A stretch of 43,915 bases of DNA from Octopus bimaculoides (taxonomy: Eukaryota). A program made the position numbers and the translations under genes. The stretch covers positions 11,593,849 to 11,637,763 of the forward strand of contig NC_069009.1 of NCBI RefSeq assembly GCF_001194135.2, in the 5' to 3' direction. Positions 11,944 to 24,393 of the stretch are shown piece by piece. Each line of letters begins with the position of its first letter. The first letter of the stretch is position 1. The notes beneath the pieces were generated by a model, which saw only the letters and a program-made list of their open reading frames with translations, was not told the origin of the DNA and made no database searches.

Positions 11944-12161
11944 AATATTCTTTTGTACTCTAGACACAAGGCCCGAAATTTTGGGGGGAGGCGCCAGTCG
12001 ATTAGATCAACCCAGTACGCAACTGGTACTTAATTTATCTACCCCGAAAGGATGAAAGGCGAAGTCGACCTCGGCGGAATGGGAACTCAGAACATAAGGA
12101 CAGACGAAACACCGCTAAGCCTTTTGCCCCGGGGTACTAATGTTTCTGCCAGCTCGCCGCC
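11944..12161 (-). mobile_element. SINE family B, antisense
   Basis: ...AACTGGTACTTAATTT...GTCGACCTCGGCGG...TTCTGCCAGCTCGCCGCC is the reverse complement of the 7090 and 9445 copies. Confidence 0.85.
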
Positions 12162-12599
12162 AACCCTAGTTATATTATGTAACTAACAATATTCCATCTT
12201 CTTTCACCCCGCTCAAAGGCATGACCGCCTCACCATAAAGTGGGTAGCCTATCTCATATGTTGACCTTATAAACACAGCCAACACAGTGCGAAGGGGAGT
12301 TGACCAATTGAACAAAGGAGATATTACTTCCAAATAACAATGATACAGGGTAGGGAAGAGGTCTGTGTGACTTGTTAAACAATAACCGTTATAGTACTTG
12401 TGCCATGACAAGTACATCCCGTCCATTCTATGAACCTTCTAGTATGCAACATATCTGTTCTGGCATTTTGTGGAAAATCATAGCAATGTTGATTAGAACA
12501 TTAGAGAAGGGATACAATGAAGCAAGTTCCTTAGTGTATTTTCCTGTCTTAAGTTTTATATACGCAATTATATGTGCGTGTGTGTGTGCGTGCGTGTGT

Positions 12600-12637
<38 letters not shown>

Positions 12638-12819
12638 ATACATATATATGAATTTGTGTATGTATGAGAGAGAAAGAGAGAAATAGAGAAACTGGCAGAC
12701 ATTCACTCTCATCAACCTTTCTTCTTTTAGTGTTAAGTAATCCATGCTCTCCCTCTGTTTCACTTTTTCTTCTTCCCTTCTGGCTCCTCTCAGCTTCTGT
12801 TCACTCATAATATTAAAAG

Positions 12820-14005
12820 TTTATATACGTTGATCCCAAATAATGAAGGACTTCTCGCGCTTAAACTCACCCTAGACCTTCAGCCTAACCCTCAACCTGA
12901 TACTCCCACACTTCATCTGGCCGAACTTGTTATTTCTCTCAACGGCTTATTGTTCGTGGGTGAGTTCCACTTACAGGTCTACAGAGTGGTCATGGGAACG
13001 AAAATGGGCCTCAATTATGCGAATCTGTTCTCCCAATTCACTGGTCCCAATCCTGAAATATACGGTTGTTATATCAATGACTGTATCGGCGTGATCTCAC
13101 TTTCCTTCGAACAACTGGACTCCTTCCGTTCCTTTATCCAATTCTTCCATCCTGTCTTTGAATTCTCCTGCACTGTCTTTAACTCTTCCGTTGGATTACT
13201 CGACATTTCTGCGAGCATACACCGCCCCGCTCTTACTACCTCCATCCACTACAAACACACTGACTCATACACCTACCTTAACTTTTGCTCCTCCAACCCT
13301 ACCCACTCCATCCCCTACTCTCACTTCCTCCGGCTACGCAGGCTCTGCTGTGACAACCATGATGTTTTAGATTCACTCTCAACTTGTGGTTCACCATTTC
13401 ATTCTATGTGGATTCCCCCTCACCACTATCCACACTGCCGTTGCCCGAGCCTTTGCTCGGACACGATCTGCAGACCGTGCCTCTGCTCTTTCCCCTCGCA
13501 CCAGCTCCACCCTTACCCATCTCTCGTTGTGTGTGTATGATACACGCACATACACATCTGCACACACCAACTGCTACACACAACACACACACATACATTA
13601 CACACGCACACACACAGGCACGTCAGATTCCACCTTCGTTCACACATAAACATATACACATTCACACAAACCATTCTTATTTAAACACATATGCTTAAGC
13701 ACTTTAGCTCGTTGGGATCACCATTATTTTCTCCCTTTCATTCAACTTCTTTTCATCATTATCCCCCTTTCATTCAACCTCTCTTTTTTTCCACTCATTC
13801 ACCATATCGGACCGCTCAACTCTACACAGTTTTTCTCTCTCCGTTTTTTTTTTTTTCATTCTCTTTTTATTATATCCTCTTATTCCTTTCTGTTGAAGAG
13901 CGTAGGCTCGAAACATAAAAGACTTCCATTTTTTCCCGAGCGTCAAACTAATACACCTGCGTGTTGCTCTTACACCTATCTTCGTTTTTTACTTTTTCTA
14001 TAAAT
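12820..14005 (+). mobile_element. Penelope-like element (PLE) reverse-transcriptase fragment and 3' terminus, degenerate
   Basis: ORF 12830..13540 contains VVMGTKMGLNYANLF, YINDCIGV (YIDD-like), LLDIS, YKHTDSYTYL and SIPYSHFLRLRRLC, motifs typical of PLE reverse transcriptases. A hammerhead-like motif lies at 13881-13953. Confidence 0.8.
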
Positions 14006-14559
14006 ATATTATCATATGCATAAACGACAAAAGCTGGTTCTTGTTCGCTTGGCGTGACTCTCTTTTTAAGAAATCATACTGTTTTCTTTTCTGTTTGTTT
14101 TTTGTTCTCTAATTCACTCCCTAGATATCTATAACTTCCAGCTTGCTCCCGTTCTTCCCATAATCATTCTACTCACCTCCAAGCACCACCAGATAAACCA
14201 AACAGTTCGTGTGAGTAGTCGTTTGCCACAAGGTTTTGATCTTAGTCAACAACCCAAAATAATATAAAATAAACTAATAACTCTAGTAATAAGCAGCATT
14301 AGCTACCACGTGACGCTTCTGTATATTTCAGCCTCTCATCTTCTACAACTAAAACTGCTTAAAAAACCGTTGTGTTTCCTCTTCCTTGTCCAGATGTCGG
14401 GCTGTATGTGACCTACCGGTAACCTCACAGAGCGTGCTTTGAGAGGAGGGTGCTTTTGGGCACCCTGCAGGATTAAATACAAGATTTGTAAAAGCGCTGA
14501 TGATCTCTGAAGAGCCAACGGCCATCCAAATAAGCAATTATCGTCACTAGTCATGCTGA

Positions 14560-16425
14560 TTATTTAGCCTTTACCCGCTTAAGACAGCAGCGATAAATAA
14601 CGGCTCTGTTGCCTTGCGACAATACCCACTTAAAAGAGGGGTTTCGGGAGTAAACCCCTGGGATAAATCAGGGGCCAGAGTCCCTAAGGCAGTTTGACAA
14701 CCTCGTTCTGGCAGGCCCAGAGGCCCCACTGGTACCTTATTGTATTGGACCTTGCCCTTCCCTTGATAATACTGATGGCGGTGGACAGGGGAGACGTGAA
14801 AAACTGCCCAGGCCTGCGCTCTGGAGAGGAAACTTCAGTACCGTCTAACTACGACGGCAAAACACGGAAAGCAACAGTCTATCGGTTTTAAGCCTGCAAT
14901 AATTGGCGTAAGAGTAAGGCGGCAGGGGCTGCTTTCGACAGAGGGAGATATGCCATTGTGCCTCACTGGATAGTTACCACCCACCTCAACCTGGGTAGCC
15001 CCCAGCCAGTTAGGTGCTATCGCAGCCCAGCTCCACCACTGGATCTTAGGGAACCTAACTTCCTGAATTATAAGCTGTAAACTTTGCACCAAGAAAAGCG
15101 AACAAGCAAGCAAGCAACGCAAAAAAACTAGCATTCAAACTTGGATGCTGGAACATAAAGGGCCATGACAACTGGTCTGTCAGAGGACCTTCAAAACATC
15201 AGCAACACACGCAAGACAGAAGTGGTCAATAACGAACTACTTCGACTCCGAGTGGATGTTGAAGCACTCCGTGAAACGAGGCTCTCAGATTCGGGGACTC
15301 TTCGTGAACGAGTCTATACTTATTTTTCTAGCAAGGGAAAGGCATATATGAAGTCAGAGATCTTGGTTTTGACTCTGCCGTGAAGAACCCTCGGTTGAAG
15401 TTGGTAGAACTCAACAGTGACGACTCAGAGCTGATACTCTCACTTCGATCGCACACTTCTGATGAGCCTGTCAACATTTTCACTGCTTATGATCCAAACC
15501 TCTATTCCTCACAAGACACCAAGGATGAGTTTTAAAATCAGGTCTCTATGAAAATAGAAATGATCCCATATTGAGAACAGCTGATGTTACTTGATGACTT
15601 CAACGCCGGAGTGGGAGCTGATCATGATTACTGGCCAGAGTGTTTGGGTCGGTACGGGGCTGGAACTAAAATGGGCAACGGCTGCTTGAGCTCTGCATGC
15701 TCCATGGACTACGTGTCACTAACACCTACTTCCAGGCCGAAGCTCAACACAAGGTCTCCTGGCGTCATCCTCGCTCAAGCCACTGGCACCAGCTAGATTT
15801 GATTATCACAAGACGCAACCACCTGAGAAATGTCCTCCTGACTCGATCTTTTCAGAGAGCCGACTGTGGCACAGGCCACTCCTTGGTTTGCTGTAATATC
15901 AAACTCCAGCCAACAAAGATGCACTGCGCCAAGTCACCGGACAAGCAGCGCATCAATACTACCGCAACTAAACAGCCAATTGAAATAGATGCATCCCACA
16001 AGACATTAGAAGACGCCCTGCTTGCAGACCCACCAGCAGGCAATGTTCAACAAAGATGGGACATTCTCAAGGACATCATCCATAGCACAGCACTGAGATC
16101 CTTTGGAAAGAGGATGAGAATGATAGATGACTGGTTTGAAGCGAATGTGAAAGAACACAATAACCCCATGGAGGAGAAGTGTGCTGAAGCACAATCACTA
16201 ATTGACCAGGGCAACGCTGCAAGCATTGAGATCATCAACGCCGGTAGAGAGCTCCTTCAAACGCAGTCGCTGCATGCATGACCGCCACTTCCGTGTAGGC
16301 CTTTACAGCCATAACAGACGCTACACCACCATCAACAGATGACACGATTTCTTCGGGCACAGATCCATAGCGTCTCGAGACTGACGGATGCCTATTACTA
16401 TACTATAACTATTCTATACTATACT
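14560..16425 (+). mobile_element. RTE-clade LINE remnant: 5' region, APE endonuclease and C-terminus, with no RT domain
   Basis: CWNI..MTTGLSEDLQNISNTRKT..INNELLRLRVD..ALRETRL, LLDDFNAGVG and VSWRHPRSSHWHQLDLIITRR are RTE endonuclease motifs. These are followed by SFKRSRCMHDRHFRVGLYSHNRRY* (decayed C-terminal Cys/His motif) and a (TACTA)-like tail. The 5' boundary is approximate. Confidence 0.8.
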
Positions 16426-16426
<1 letters not shown>

Positions 16427-16504
<78 letters not shown>

Positions 16505-16510
16505 TAGATA
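16427..16510. repeat. (TAGA)n microsatellite
   Basis: Directly visible. Confidence 0.95.
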
Positions 16511-16522
16511 TAGCTATAGATA

Positions 16523-16960
16523 TTGGGTTGGTGCATAATTATTGCGGCTTTTTTTTTTTCAACAAATTTTATTCAATAAAAACAATAACAACATGTCACA
16601 AAAGCATCTTTAAATGATTATTCCGGAGCATACCATTTCTTAAATTACTGCTTCCCATTTGCTTGGCAGACGGTCAGACCGCTATTTAAAGATGTTATAT
16701 ATACACCAAGGTACCCACATCTATCTCTCGGTAGATCTGATTGAGTATACTGTCAACAGCTGTAGAATTGAAGCAACTCTGATTCCCGTAGGGGATAAAG
16801 ATCATTACAGATATGTGACTATTTTTCAGACTGTTGATGGCAATCTGTATATTGTATCAATGTCTACTTTGGTGAGAAGAACCCACTCTGGCAGCCAGCG
16901 ACCTCTCCACCGACTGGAATTCTCTATCAGATTAACAGTTTGAACAATTTATCAATTTTA
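16523..16960 (-). mobile_element. Mariner remnant (one TIR plus transposase C-terminus)
   Basis: TA|TTGGGTTGGTGCATAATTATTGCGGC resembles mariner TIRs (TTAGGTTGGTGCAAAAGTAATTGCGG type). The minus strand reads DRLPSKWEAVI, like a mariner C-terminus. The inner boundary is uncertain. Confidence 0.6.
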
Positions 16961-17039
16961 ATGTTTTAGTGCCTGAACTGTGACACCGGTTTTAACGGCT
17001 TTTTCTTCATTTTCATCACCAAAACATGTCTCCTTATTA

Positions 17040-17040
17040 A

Positions 17041-17092
<52 letters not shown>

Positions 17093-17730
17093 ATATCATC
17101 ATCATCATCAGTATCATCATCATCGTCGTCGTCGTCGTCGTCGTCGTTATCATCATCATCTTCATTATTATTTAAAATCTGTTTTCCATGCTGGCACGGG
17201 TTGCATTGTTTCACAGGATTTGGCCAGCTGAAGAAATACCCGGGCTCCATGTTTATTAGCGTATGGTTTCTACGACAGGATGCCCTTCCTAATGCCAACC
17301 ACTTTACATAGTGTACTGGGTGCTTCTAGGCAGCATTGGCATGGGTATTTTTTATGTGAGATAGGCACCCGTGATCCCACAAAATTAGGACCTCTCAGCC
17401 AAAAAAGGACGCAGAGGAATATGACTGTATGCAAGGACAACCAGTATTAATTTCACATATCTTCTCAACCACAGCAAACCACCAGACGTGTCGTTCCTAT
17501 TTCAACCCCTCTTTGAGGCCCAATGCCTGAAGCTCCTTTCTCACCACTTTATTGCACACCTTCCTTCGTCGACCCCTTCCACACATTCCTGCCACAATTA
17601 GAGATCATCACATCTTGATGCAGTTATCTTCATCCATATGAATTACATAACCATACCAGTGCAGTCTTCTCTCTTGCGCACAACATCCGATGCCTCATAA
17701 ACCCAGTTTTTCTCTCAAATCCACTTAATT
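17040..17730 (-). mobile_element. RTE LINE 3' end with (ATG)n tail, antisense
   Basis: The minus strand reads ERRLHWYGYVIHMDEDNCIK...GRGRRRKV, an RTE C-terminal motif. It is followed by the family C tail and (CAT)n at 17043-17163. Confidence 0.75.
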
Positions 17731-18333
17731 ATGGAAACCTTATTGATCTGTTTGGATATGTCTGTGTGGCGTTGATTTAGTTGTTATGTCTGAAGACATT
17801 ACTATGTTGTTGGTGTCTTCCTTCCTGGTATAACATACATTATTTGTGGTGTCCTATTTATATNNNNNNNNNNNNNNNNNNNNNNNNNNNNNNNNNNNNN
17901 NNNNNNNNNNNNNNNNNNNNNNNNNNNNNNNNNNNNNNNNNNNNNNNNNNNNNNNNNNNNNNNNNNNNNNNNNNNNNNNNNNNNNNNNNNNNNNNNNNNN
18001 NNNNNNNNNNNNNNNNNNNNNNNNNNNNNNNNNNNNNNNNNNNNNNNNNNNNNNNNNNNNNNNNNNNNNNNATGTTAACCAATAATGCGTGTTTTGCTCA
18101 ATATAATGATCATAAATATTGTCTTAATGGAGAAAGTAAAGTAAAAACAAATGATAATGAGAAATGAACTATAGATGATGTAAGAACTCAATACCTCAAT
18201 ATTGTGTAAACATTTTAATCACCAGATCGACAAACTATGTGTATATGTAGTTGAACTGTTGTGTAAGTTGGGTCATCTTTACCATGTATTTGTGTAGTAT
18301 TGTACTCGTCATTTTATATTTCATCATTTGTAG

Positions 18334-18509
18334 TGCTGCACTGAGCTCAAACGAAGCAAAGATAATAGGCTCTCTGGTGTGGTGGTTGCTTGCTATCTAG
18401 CCCGCCAGGGTGCCGACTTTTACCATAAAAATAACAAGAATAACACACCATTGGACCTCATTGAAAATCGAGCTTTGAAAGAAAAATTAAAAGCATGTTT
18501 ACTATCACG
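18334..18509 (+). CDS. ANK-RING-Death gene, last ankyrin exon (Mind bomb-like), phase 0-2
   Basis: catttgtag acceptor and CG|gtaaat donor. Open frame CCTELKRSKDNRLSGVVVACYLARQGADFYHKNNKNNTPLDLIENRALKEKLKACLLS(R). VACYLARQGADFYHKNNKNNTPLDL resembles the final Mind bomb ankyrin repeat ([25 protein letters not shown], from memory). Confidence 0.92.
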
Positions 18510-19199
18510 GTAAATATTCACTGGCAATGACAATATAAACCAGTAAATTTTCTATTTTGTATATAATAATGTTTATATGTTTGTATTATCTTAATTCTAC
18601 CAATACCCTATACTATCATAGTGCCTTCATGAAAGGCCACACAATACTAAGAACAACAATAAATAGAATGCAGTTGTTAGATGATCAAAGAAAGGGCACT
18701 ATTTTAATTATATTCACATCATTGGTTGTGTTGACAGATGTACCTCACTGTCAACCCACACCTACCTCTCTCAATTCCCAGTTTTAAAGATTTGTCACCA
18801 ATAGCAAAATGTAGAGCTAAATAATAACGTTAATGAATAGATTTTGAAATTACTATTTAGAAGTAAGTGAAATTTAACTGTCTACATATCTTCACAAAAG
18901 AGAATTGCCATGGAACAATTCATTCTTGTAAAACATAAACCATTCCTCATGTTTTAGGCTTCTTGGTCACCTTAAACTCCTGTATTTTATCAGTTTCAGC
19001 AATTTCATTGCCATACATTTGTCTATATTAACTGCTGTTGAAGCAGACAAATTATTCTCTTAGATAATATACTTAACTTTCTTTGTCTCTTGAAATTGAG
19101 ATATTGTTTATAGACGTTGATTTTTGGACTGTATAAATGTGGTTCTGCTTCATTCGATATACAAGCATTGGTAGGATTTCTTTATGGGAACATTATAAT

Positions 19200-21130
19200 A
19201 ATAATAATAATATAATTTATAACAGGGAGCTCAGATGTACTACAACTTACTGGAAAAGAGTAAAAGAGGGGACAGAAAGCAGCAGTTAATCAAATAACGA
19301 CAGCAGTGAAAGCTAGAAGTACATGCACGATACATAGAATAAAACACAACGAAACAGAAAAGAAAAGGGTGCATAGGAACATCTGAGGTGGCGTTGGTGC
19401 ACTTCAGGAAACATGGAAGTTTCTAAAGATGCAGTGTCCTGAAAGCTAAAAACTGACTTGGGTAGTTTATTCTGTGCTTAATTCTGAGTGAAGAGAGATA
19501 TTTCCAAAAGGCATGGGTGTTCCTTTTTACTTTGTAAACATGTNNNNNNNNNNNNNNNNNNNNNNNNNNNNNNNNNNNNNNNNNNNNNNNNNNNNNNNNN
19601 NNNNNNNNNNNNNNNNNNNNNNNNNNNNNNNNNNNNNNNNNNNNNNNNNNNNNNNNNNNNNNNNNNNNNNNNNNNNNNNNNNNNNNNNNNNNNNNNNNNN
19701 NNNNNNNNNNNNNNNNNNNNNNNNNNNNNNNNNNNNNNNNNNNNNNNNNNNNNNNNNNNNNNNNNNNNNNNNNNNNNNNNNNNNNNNNNGGATTCCAGAT
19801 TGGAGATGCAAACTGTGTGGACATATGATAGCCATATTTAACTTTAAATAGATTGGCCATAAATGGCAGACTGATTGATTGATGCTAAGACAACTTTAAT
19901 CTTTTTGATGATTTTGAGAATGTGGTTCATCCATCAAGGACCATTGTTGAGATTAATGCCAAGGTCAAGGTCACTGATAGAATTCTTAAGTTTGGTGTTT
20001 TGGAAGGAGTTGGTAAATCATGGGCTTTTCCTCCCATATTGTATGGTGGTGCACCTGTTTATAGCCAACTTCTGTTTCCAGTCAGCAATCCATTACTGCA
20101 TTGTGTCCAGGTGAGATTAAAGGAATGATCTATGGCATATAGTTGGCATAGATTTAGTTAATATATACAAGAAGCAACAGAAGACGAAGAACAGTTCCCT
20201 ACAGATTTTCTGTATTGGGTGCAGAATGTTATCCTAGTACTGTGACAATTTCTTTTCAACTGAGAATGTAAAGACTTCAACTAGTTATAAAATTTAGGCC
20301 TTGCATCCATTGCAGACAGTTTTGCCATAATTGGTTTGTGTGGCATAAAATTAAAGGCTTTGGTGAAGTTGAGATAGATAACATCCACCTATGAACCACT
20401 ATCTGTGGTTTAGGTGATGTCTTCAAGAAAATCAATGGGTTGACCACTGCAGCCACAGTTAGAAATAAATCCAAATGGTTGGGGTTCCAGGTGTCCCAGA
20501 ATATATTCGTGTCACACGAATCTATTAATTCGGTGAGACTAATTGAGTGGTAATCAATAGGTGATATCTGGTCATTCTTTTCGGAAAGGGGAATAACACT
20601 GGCAATTTTCCATTGTAGTGGAGTAAGCTGATTTAGAAGAGTTGAAAAAGCTGATGCAGGAGAAAAAGGATGCACCCTTTGAGAAGCAGATAAATGACAC
20701 CATTAAGACAACAAGAATCATATTTGCACATATGCTTCAATTAGCATCTCAGTATTGCAGAAATAAATTCAGTAGATATCATGGAATTTGATCTCAGCAG
20801 AAGTGAAGATGGTACATTTGGATTTTCAAAAGTGAAATTTCCAGCGACGCATTCATCACTAAACCGTGCACATTCGTTGGGATTGTCAGCAATCTGACAT
20901 GTGTAGAGATTACGAGGAGGGCCGACTAGAAAGTGAGGCCTCTGTTTTCGGATATACAAACTTCCAGAACATTTTACTATCCAGTTTTGTTGCTGTGTGT
21001 AGTTTGAATTTTTAGTCCCCCATTTGATATTGTTGGGTATCCTGTTGCACCGTTTCTTTTCTCCTCTGTTTTTTATTACCACGTCGAGCATCTCATCGAT
21101 ATTTCCTGGCAGTCTCACACATTCAGGATT
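19200..21130 (-). mobile_element. Decayed CR1/L2-like LINE (RT region), antisense
   Basis: Minus-strand fragments PLQWKIASVIPL..K...DYHSISLT, VIYLNFTKAFNFMPH and FASPIWN. Many stops; boundaries approximate. Confidence 0.65.
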
Positions 21131-21549
21131 CTAACACATTTATATGATACTGATACTTTACATGCGGCCCACATTGAAATAAGGGTGAATGTTAGTCTTG
21201 ACATGTCCGAAATTGTAAACTTGAAGCTGCAATAGGAATTCTAGTCTTTCTTATTCCAGTGAAAACAAGTAGTTTGGAGATTACAGTGGCTTTTCATTCT
21301 ATCCATTAGAGATATATTTGTATTCAGGACAAACTCGAAATGAAGTATTTTGCTAAAGAACACAAAACGTCCCCTGGTCCAGGAATTGAAACCACAATCT
21401 TACAATCATGGGTCCAACACTCTGAATACTAAGTCATGGTCCTCACTCTGATCATTGCAGTGTCTCATAATATTCTGTATTATAAACATGGACACAATGT
21501 AATATGTGTTACAAATGAATGTGGGACGTGTTTTTATTTTCTTCTGCAG

Positions 21550-21686
21550 GTGTATGCTTTGTGAAGTAAATGAGGCCACTGTGGAGTTACAACCCTGTGC
21601 ACATAATGCGGTATGTGGAGAGTGCTACACAATTAAACTTAGAAGATGCCCCAAATGCAAAACATGTATAAGCCCAAGAGTTTTTG
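21550..21686 (+). CDS. ANK-RING-Death gene, RING-HC (C3HC4) exon, phase 2-1
   Basis: cttctgcag acceptor and G|gtaagg donor. Encodes (R)CMLCEVNEATVELQPCAHNAVCGECYTIKLRRCPKCKTCISPRVF, i.e. C-x2-C-x11-C-x-H-x3-C-x2-C-x7-C-x2-C with all eight ligands present. Confidence 0.95.
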
Positions 21687-22046
21687 GTAAGGATACTTTT
21701 TGATGACCTGCTTGTTTGTCTCATGGAATTTATGGTGTGCAATAATGTATTTCATATTACTGTGTAGACCCAGGTCTGTCAGAATCTGACAGACTTTTAA
21801 TAAAAGATGTTCCAGCTGCCTTTTCTCGTTGATAGTATTTCTATGACTACACCCACTGAATATTGTCTTTATCTGAGTAGGAAACTTTTCACATATCAAA
21901 TGAGTACCGTCTGCAGCAGACGACTAATGCTTTCTAATGAAACCTAAATGGCGACTAACTGAAATATCAATAAATCTTGACGGTCCATTAGCAAATATAA
22001 GTTTTTAGCAATCAATTGTTTGCCAGCTATTATATGTGGTTAATGT

Positions 22047-22268
22047 GTTTCAGTTATTGGACTCCGGCCATGCTGGAGCACCGTCTTTAGTCGAAGAAAT
22101 CGACTCCAGAACTTATTCTTTGTAAACCTAGTACTTTAGTACTTGTTCTATAGGTATCTTATGCCGAGCTGCCAAGTTACGGGGACGTAAACATACCAAC
22201 ATTGGCTGTCAAGCGATGACTGGGGGACAAACACAGACACACAAACACACACACATATATATATATAT
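22047..22268 (-). mobile_element. SINE family A, 3' half, antisense
   Basis: GTTTCAGTTATTGGACTCCGGCCATGCTGGAGC...AAGTTACGGGGACGTAAAC matches 2950-3140. Confidence 0.85.
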
Positions 22269-23160
22269 CTAGTTGATTTCTATAAATTTTACCTTCATCT
22301 GAGCCATCTTGTTTGTCAGAATGACTGAAAACACGTTCCATACCTAAATTCGAATTGAATCGTTTAGCTGTAAAGTAATTCTGTTAAAGATATCAATATA
22401 ACTGAAATTTCATAAATTATCCACTGAGGTTAGCACAGATGGTAAAATGGATAAAACAGAAGACAATAGATTTAATATTCCATTTTTTGGAACAGGTGAG
22501 TTAATGAAAATTTTTGGCTAGTTATATATAATTTTAGTAAGTTTACAGAGAGGTTATTGTTATTGCTGTTGTTATTCAGTTAAATGTCTCTCATAATCTG
22601 GTAGAATTACGATGAAATGTGTTCTATGAGTGAATTCCGTCGTATTTCTCTGATAGTAAATCTATCATTACATCCACGAGACAACGGTTGTTTCTCTTTC
22701 TTTTCAAGGTAGATACTGGCTGTAAGATACAATACAATCAATGATATCGCCCTCATCATTTATCAGCTGATTTTCACGTTCCCATGGACAGGCTTGATAG
22801 TCACTTAGTCAGTTCTTATTCATAGTTACTGCCCCCTTGATTGGTTGAGGAACACAGCTAAAGTATTCCAGCTTTTCAATGGTGATATGCCCTTCCCAAC
22901 ACCAACCACTTTCTAAAGTGTCCTGGGTAAATTTTATCGTGGCACAGGTATTAGAAAGATTGTCCTCTGCATAAAAAGATTAAACGTTCCTCTCAAACTT
23001 ATAGTACCACTAGAGAAAGTCGAAAAATGTTGTCCGAAACGGTTGTGATCACTAATTGACCACTGATGATTAGAATGTCTCTCACTGATAAAATACAGAT
23101 AATTTGTAAAGATAAAAGATTATTAGTTTAAAGTGTAAAATTCGGAAATGTTTATTTCAG

Positions 23161-23211
23161 ACTGTCCAAAATTGTCCGACAAGGGTGTCCAGACGGTGGC
23201 AGAGTCAGTTA
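23161..23211 (+). CDS. Candidate 51-nt symmetric mini-exon E1 (phase 1-1), paralog of the first Death-domain exon
   Basis: tttatttcag acceptor and A|gtgagt donor; open frame (D)CPKLSDKGVQTVAESV. Flanks are homologous to those of 32478-32549. No transcript evidence available. Confidence 0.65.
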
Positions 23212-24393
23212 GTGAGTATAAAATAACTGTACCTAATTTATTTCTATAAAGTTTACCTTTACTTGAGCTATTTTGTTTGTCAGAATGATGGAGAGTAGGT
23301 TCCATTCCTAATTTTTGGCTGATAGGGAAGTTGTAAAGTAATTTTATTACAGATATCAATATTACTCATATTTCATAAACTATCCACTGAGGTTTGTTGT
23401 AATATGTTTCACTTGTTAGGGTATATACCCAAAATGCCTCAGGTCAGAACATATATATATATATATATATATATATCTTCGTTACAATATCATAAATCAG
23501 GAGAAGAGCATAGCCTATAAAATATAGAGCAGTTATTTATTGTACACATTTTCGGAAATTTTTACTTCTAAATTGCAAGACCTAGCTATCAAGTGAAGGA
23601 AGACAACTCGCCCGACCCTAATTTTTTAAGAGGAATATTTCTTGAATTATCTCCCCCGTTCTTGTGTTTAAAAAAACATTCTTTGCAGAGTACGGTTATT
23701 GTTTAAAGAAACTGAAGAGATGTCTAGTTCTAGTTCACGCTNNNNNNNNNNNNNNNNNNNNNNNNNNNNNNNNNNNNNNNNNNNNNNNNNNNNNNNNNNN
23801 NNNNNNNNNNNNNNNNNNNNNNNNNNNNNNNNNNNNNNNNNNNNNNNNNNNNNNNNNNNNNNNNNNNNNNNNNNNNNNNNNNNNNNNNNNNNNNNNNNNN
23901 NNNNNNNNNNNNNNNNNNNNNNNNNNNNNNNNNNNNNNNNNNNNNNNNNNNNNNNNNNNNNNNNNNNNNNNNNNNNNNNNNNNNNNNNNNNNNNNNNNNN
24001 NNNNNNNNNNNNNNNNNNNNNNNNNNNNNNNNNNNNNNNNNNNNNNNNNNNNNNNNNNNNNNNNNNNNNNNNNNNNNNNNNNNNNNNNNNNNNNNNNNNN
24101 NNNNNNNNNNNNNNNNNNNNNNNNNNNNNNNNNNNNNNNNNNNNNNNNNNNNNNNNNNNNNNNNNNNNNNNNNNNNNNNNNNNNNNNATATATATATATA
24201 TATATATATACGTATAGGTATATATACATAATTAGGGTCCAGCAAAAATTGCTTCACCACGTACCGAAATTTAGAAAATAGCAGTTAAATACTATTCCAC
24301 TACCATATATCTCCCAGACAGCAGCACTCGCAACTCACACAGGCAAAAAGGAAACAATAACGAATCCACCCGGCTTTCATTAACTGTATACGC

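Noticed and set aside
14290-14700. Possible HDV-like ribozyme in the RTE 5' region
   Set aside because: RTE 5' UTRs can carry one, but I could not identify the nested double pseudoknot by eye; a covariance-model search is needed.
16966-17298. Poly-Asp and poly-His ORFs (also 4051-4240 and poly-Leu at 27857-28078)
   Set aside because: They are translations of (CAT)n, (GAT)n and (AAG)n retro-element tails.
22700-22760. Strong-looking acceptor (ctttcttttcaag) after the RING exon
   Set aside because: In the required phase 1 it reads GT AGA TAC TGG CTG TAA, an immediate stop, and it has no homology to the cassette exons.
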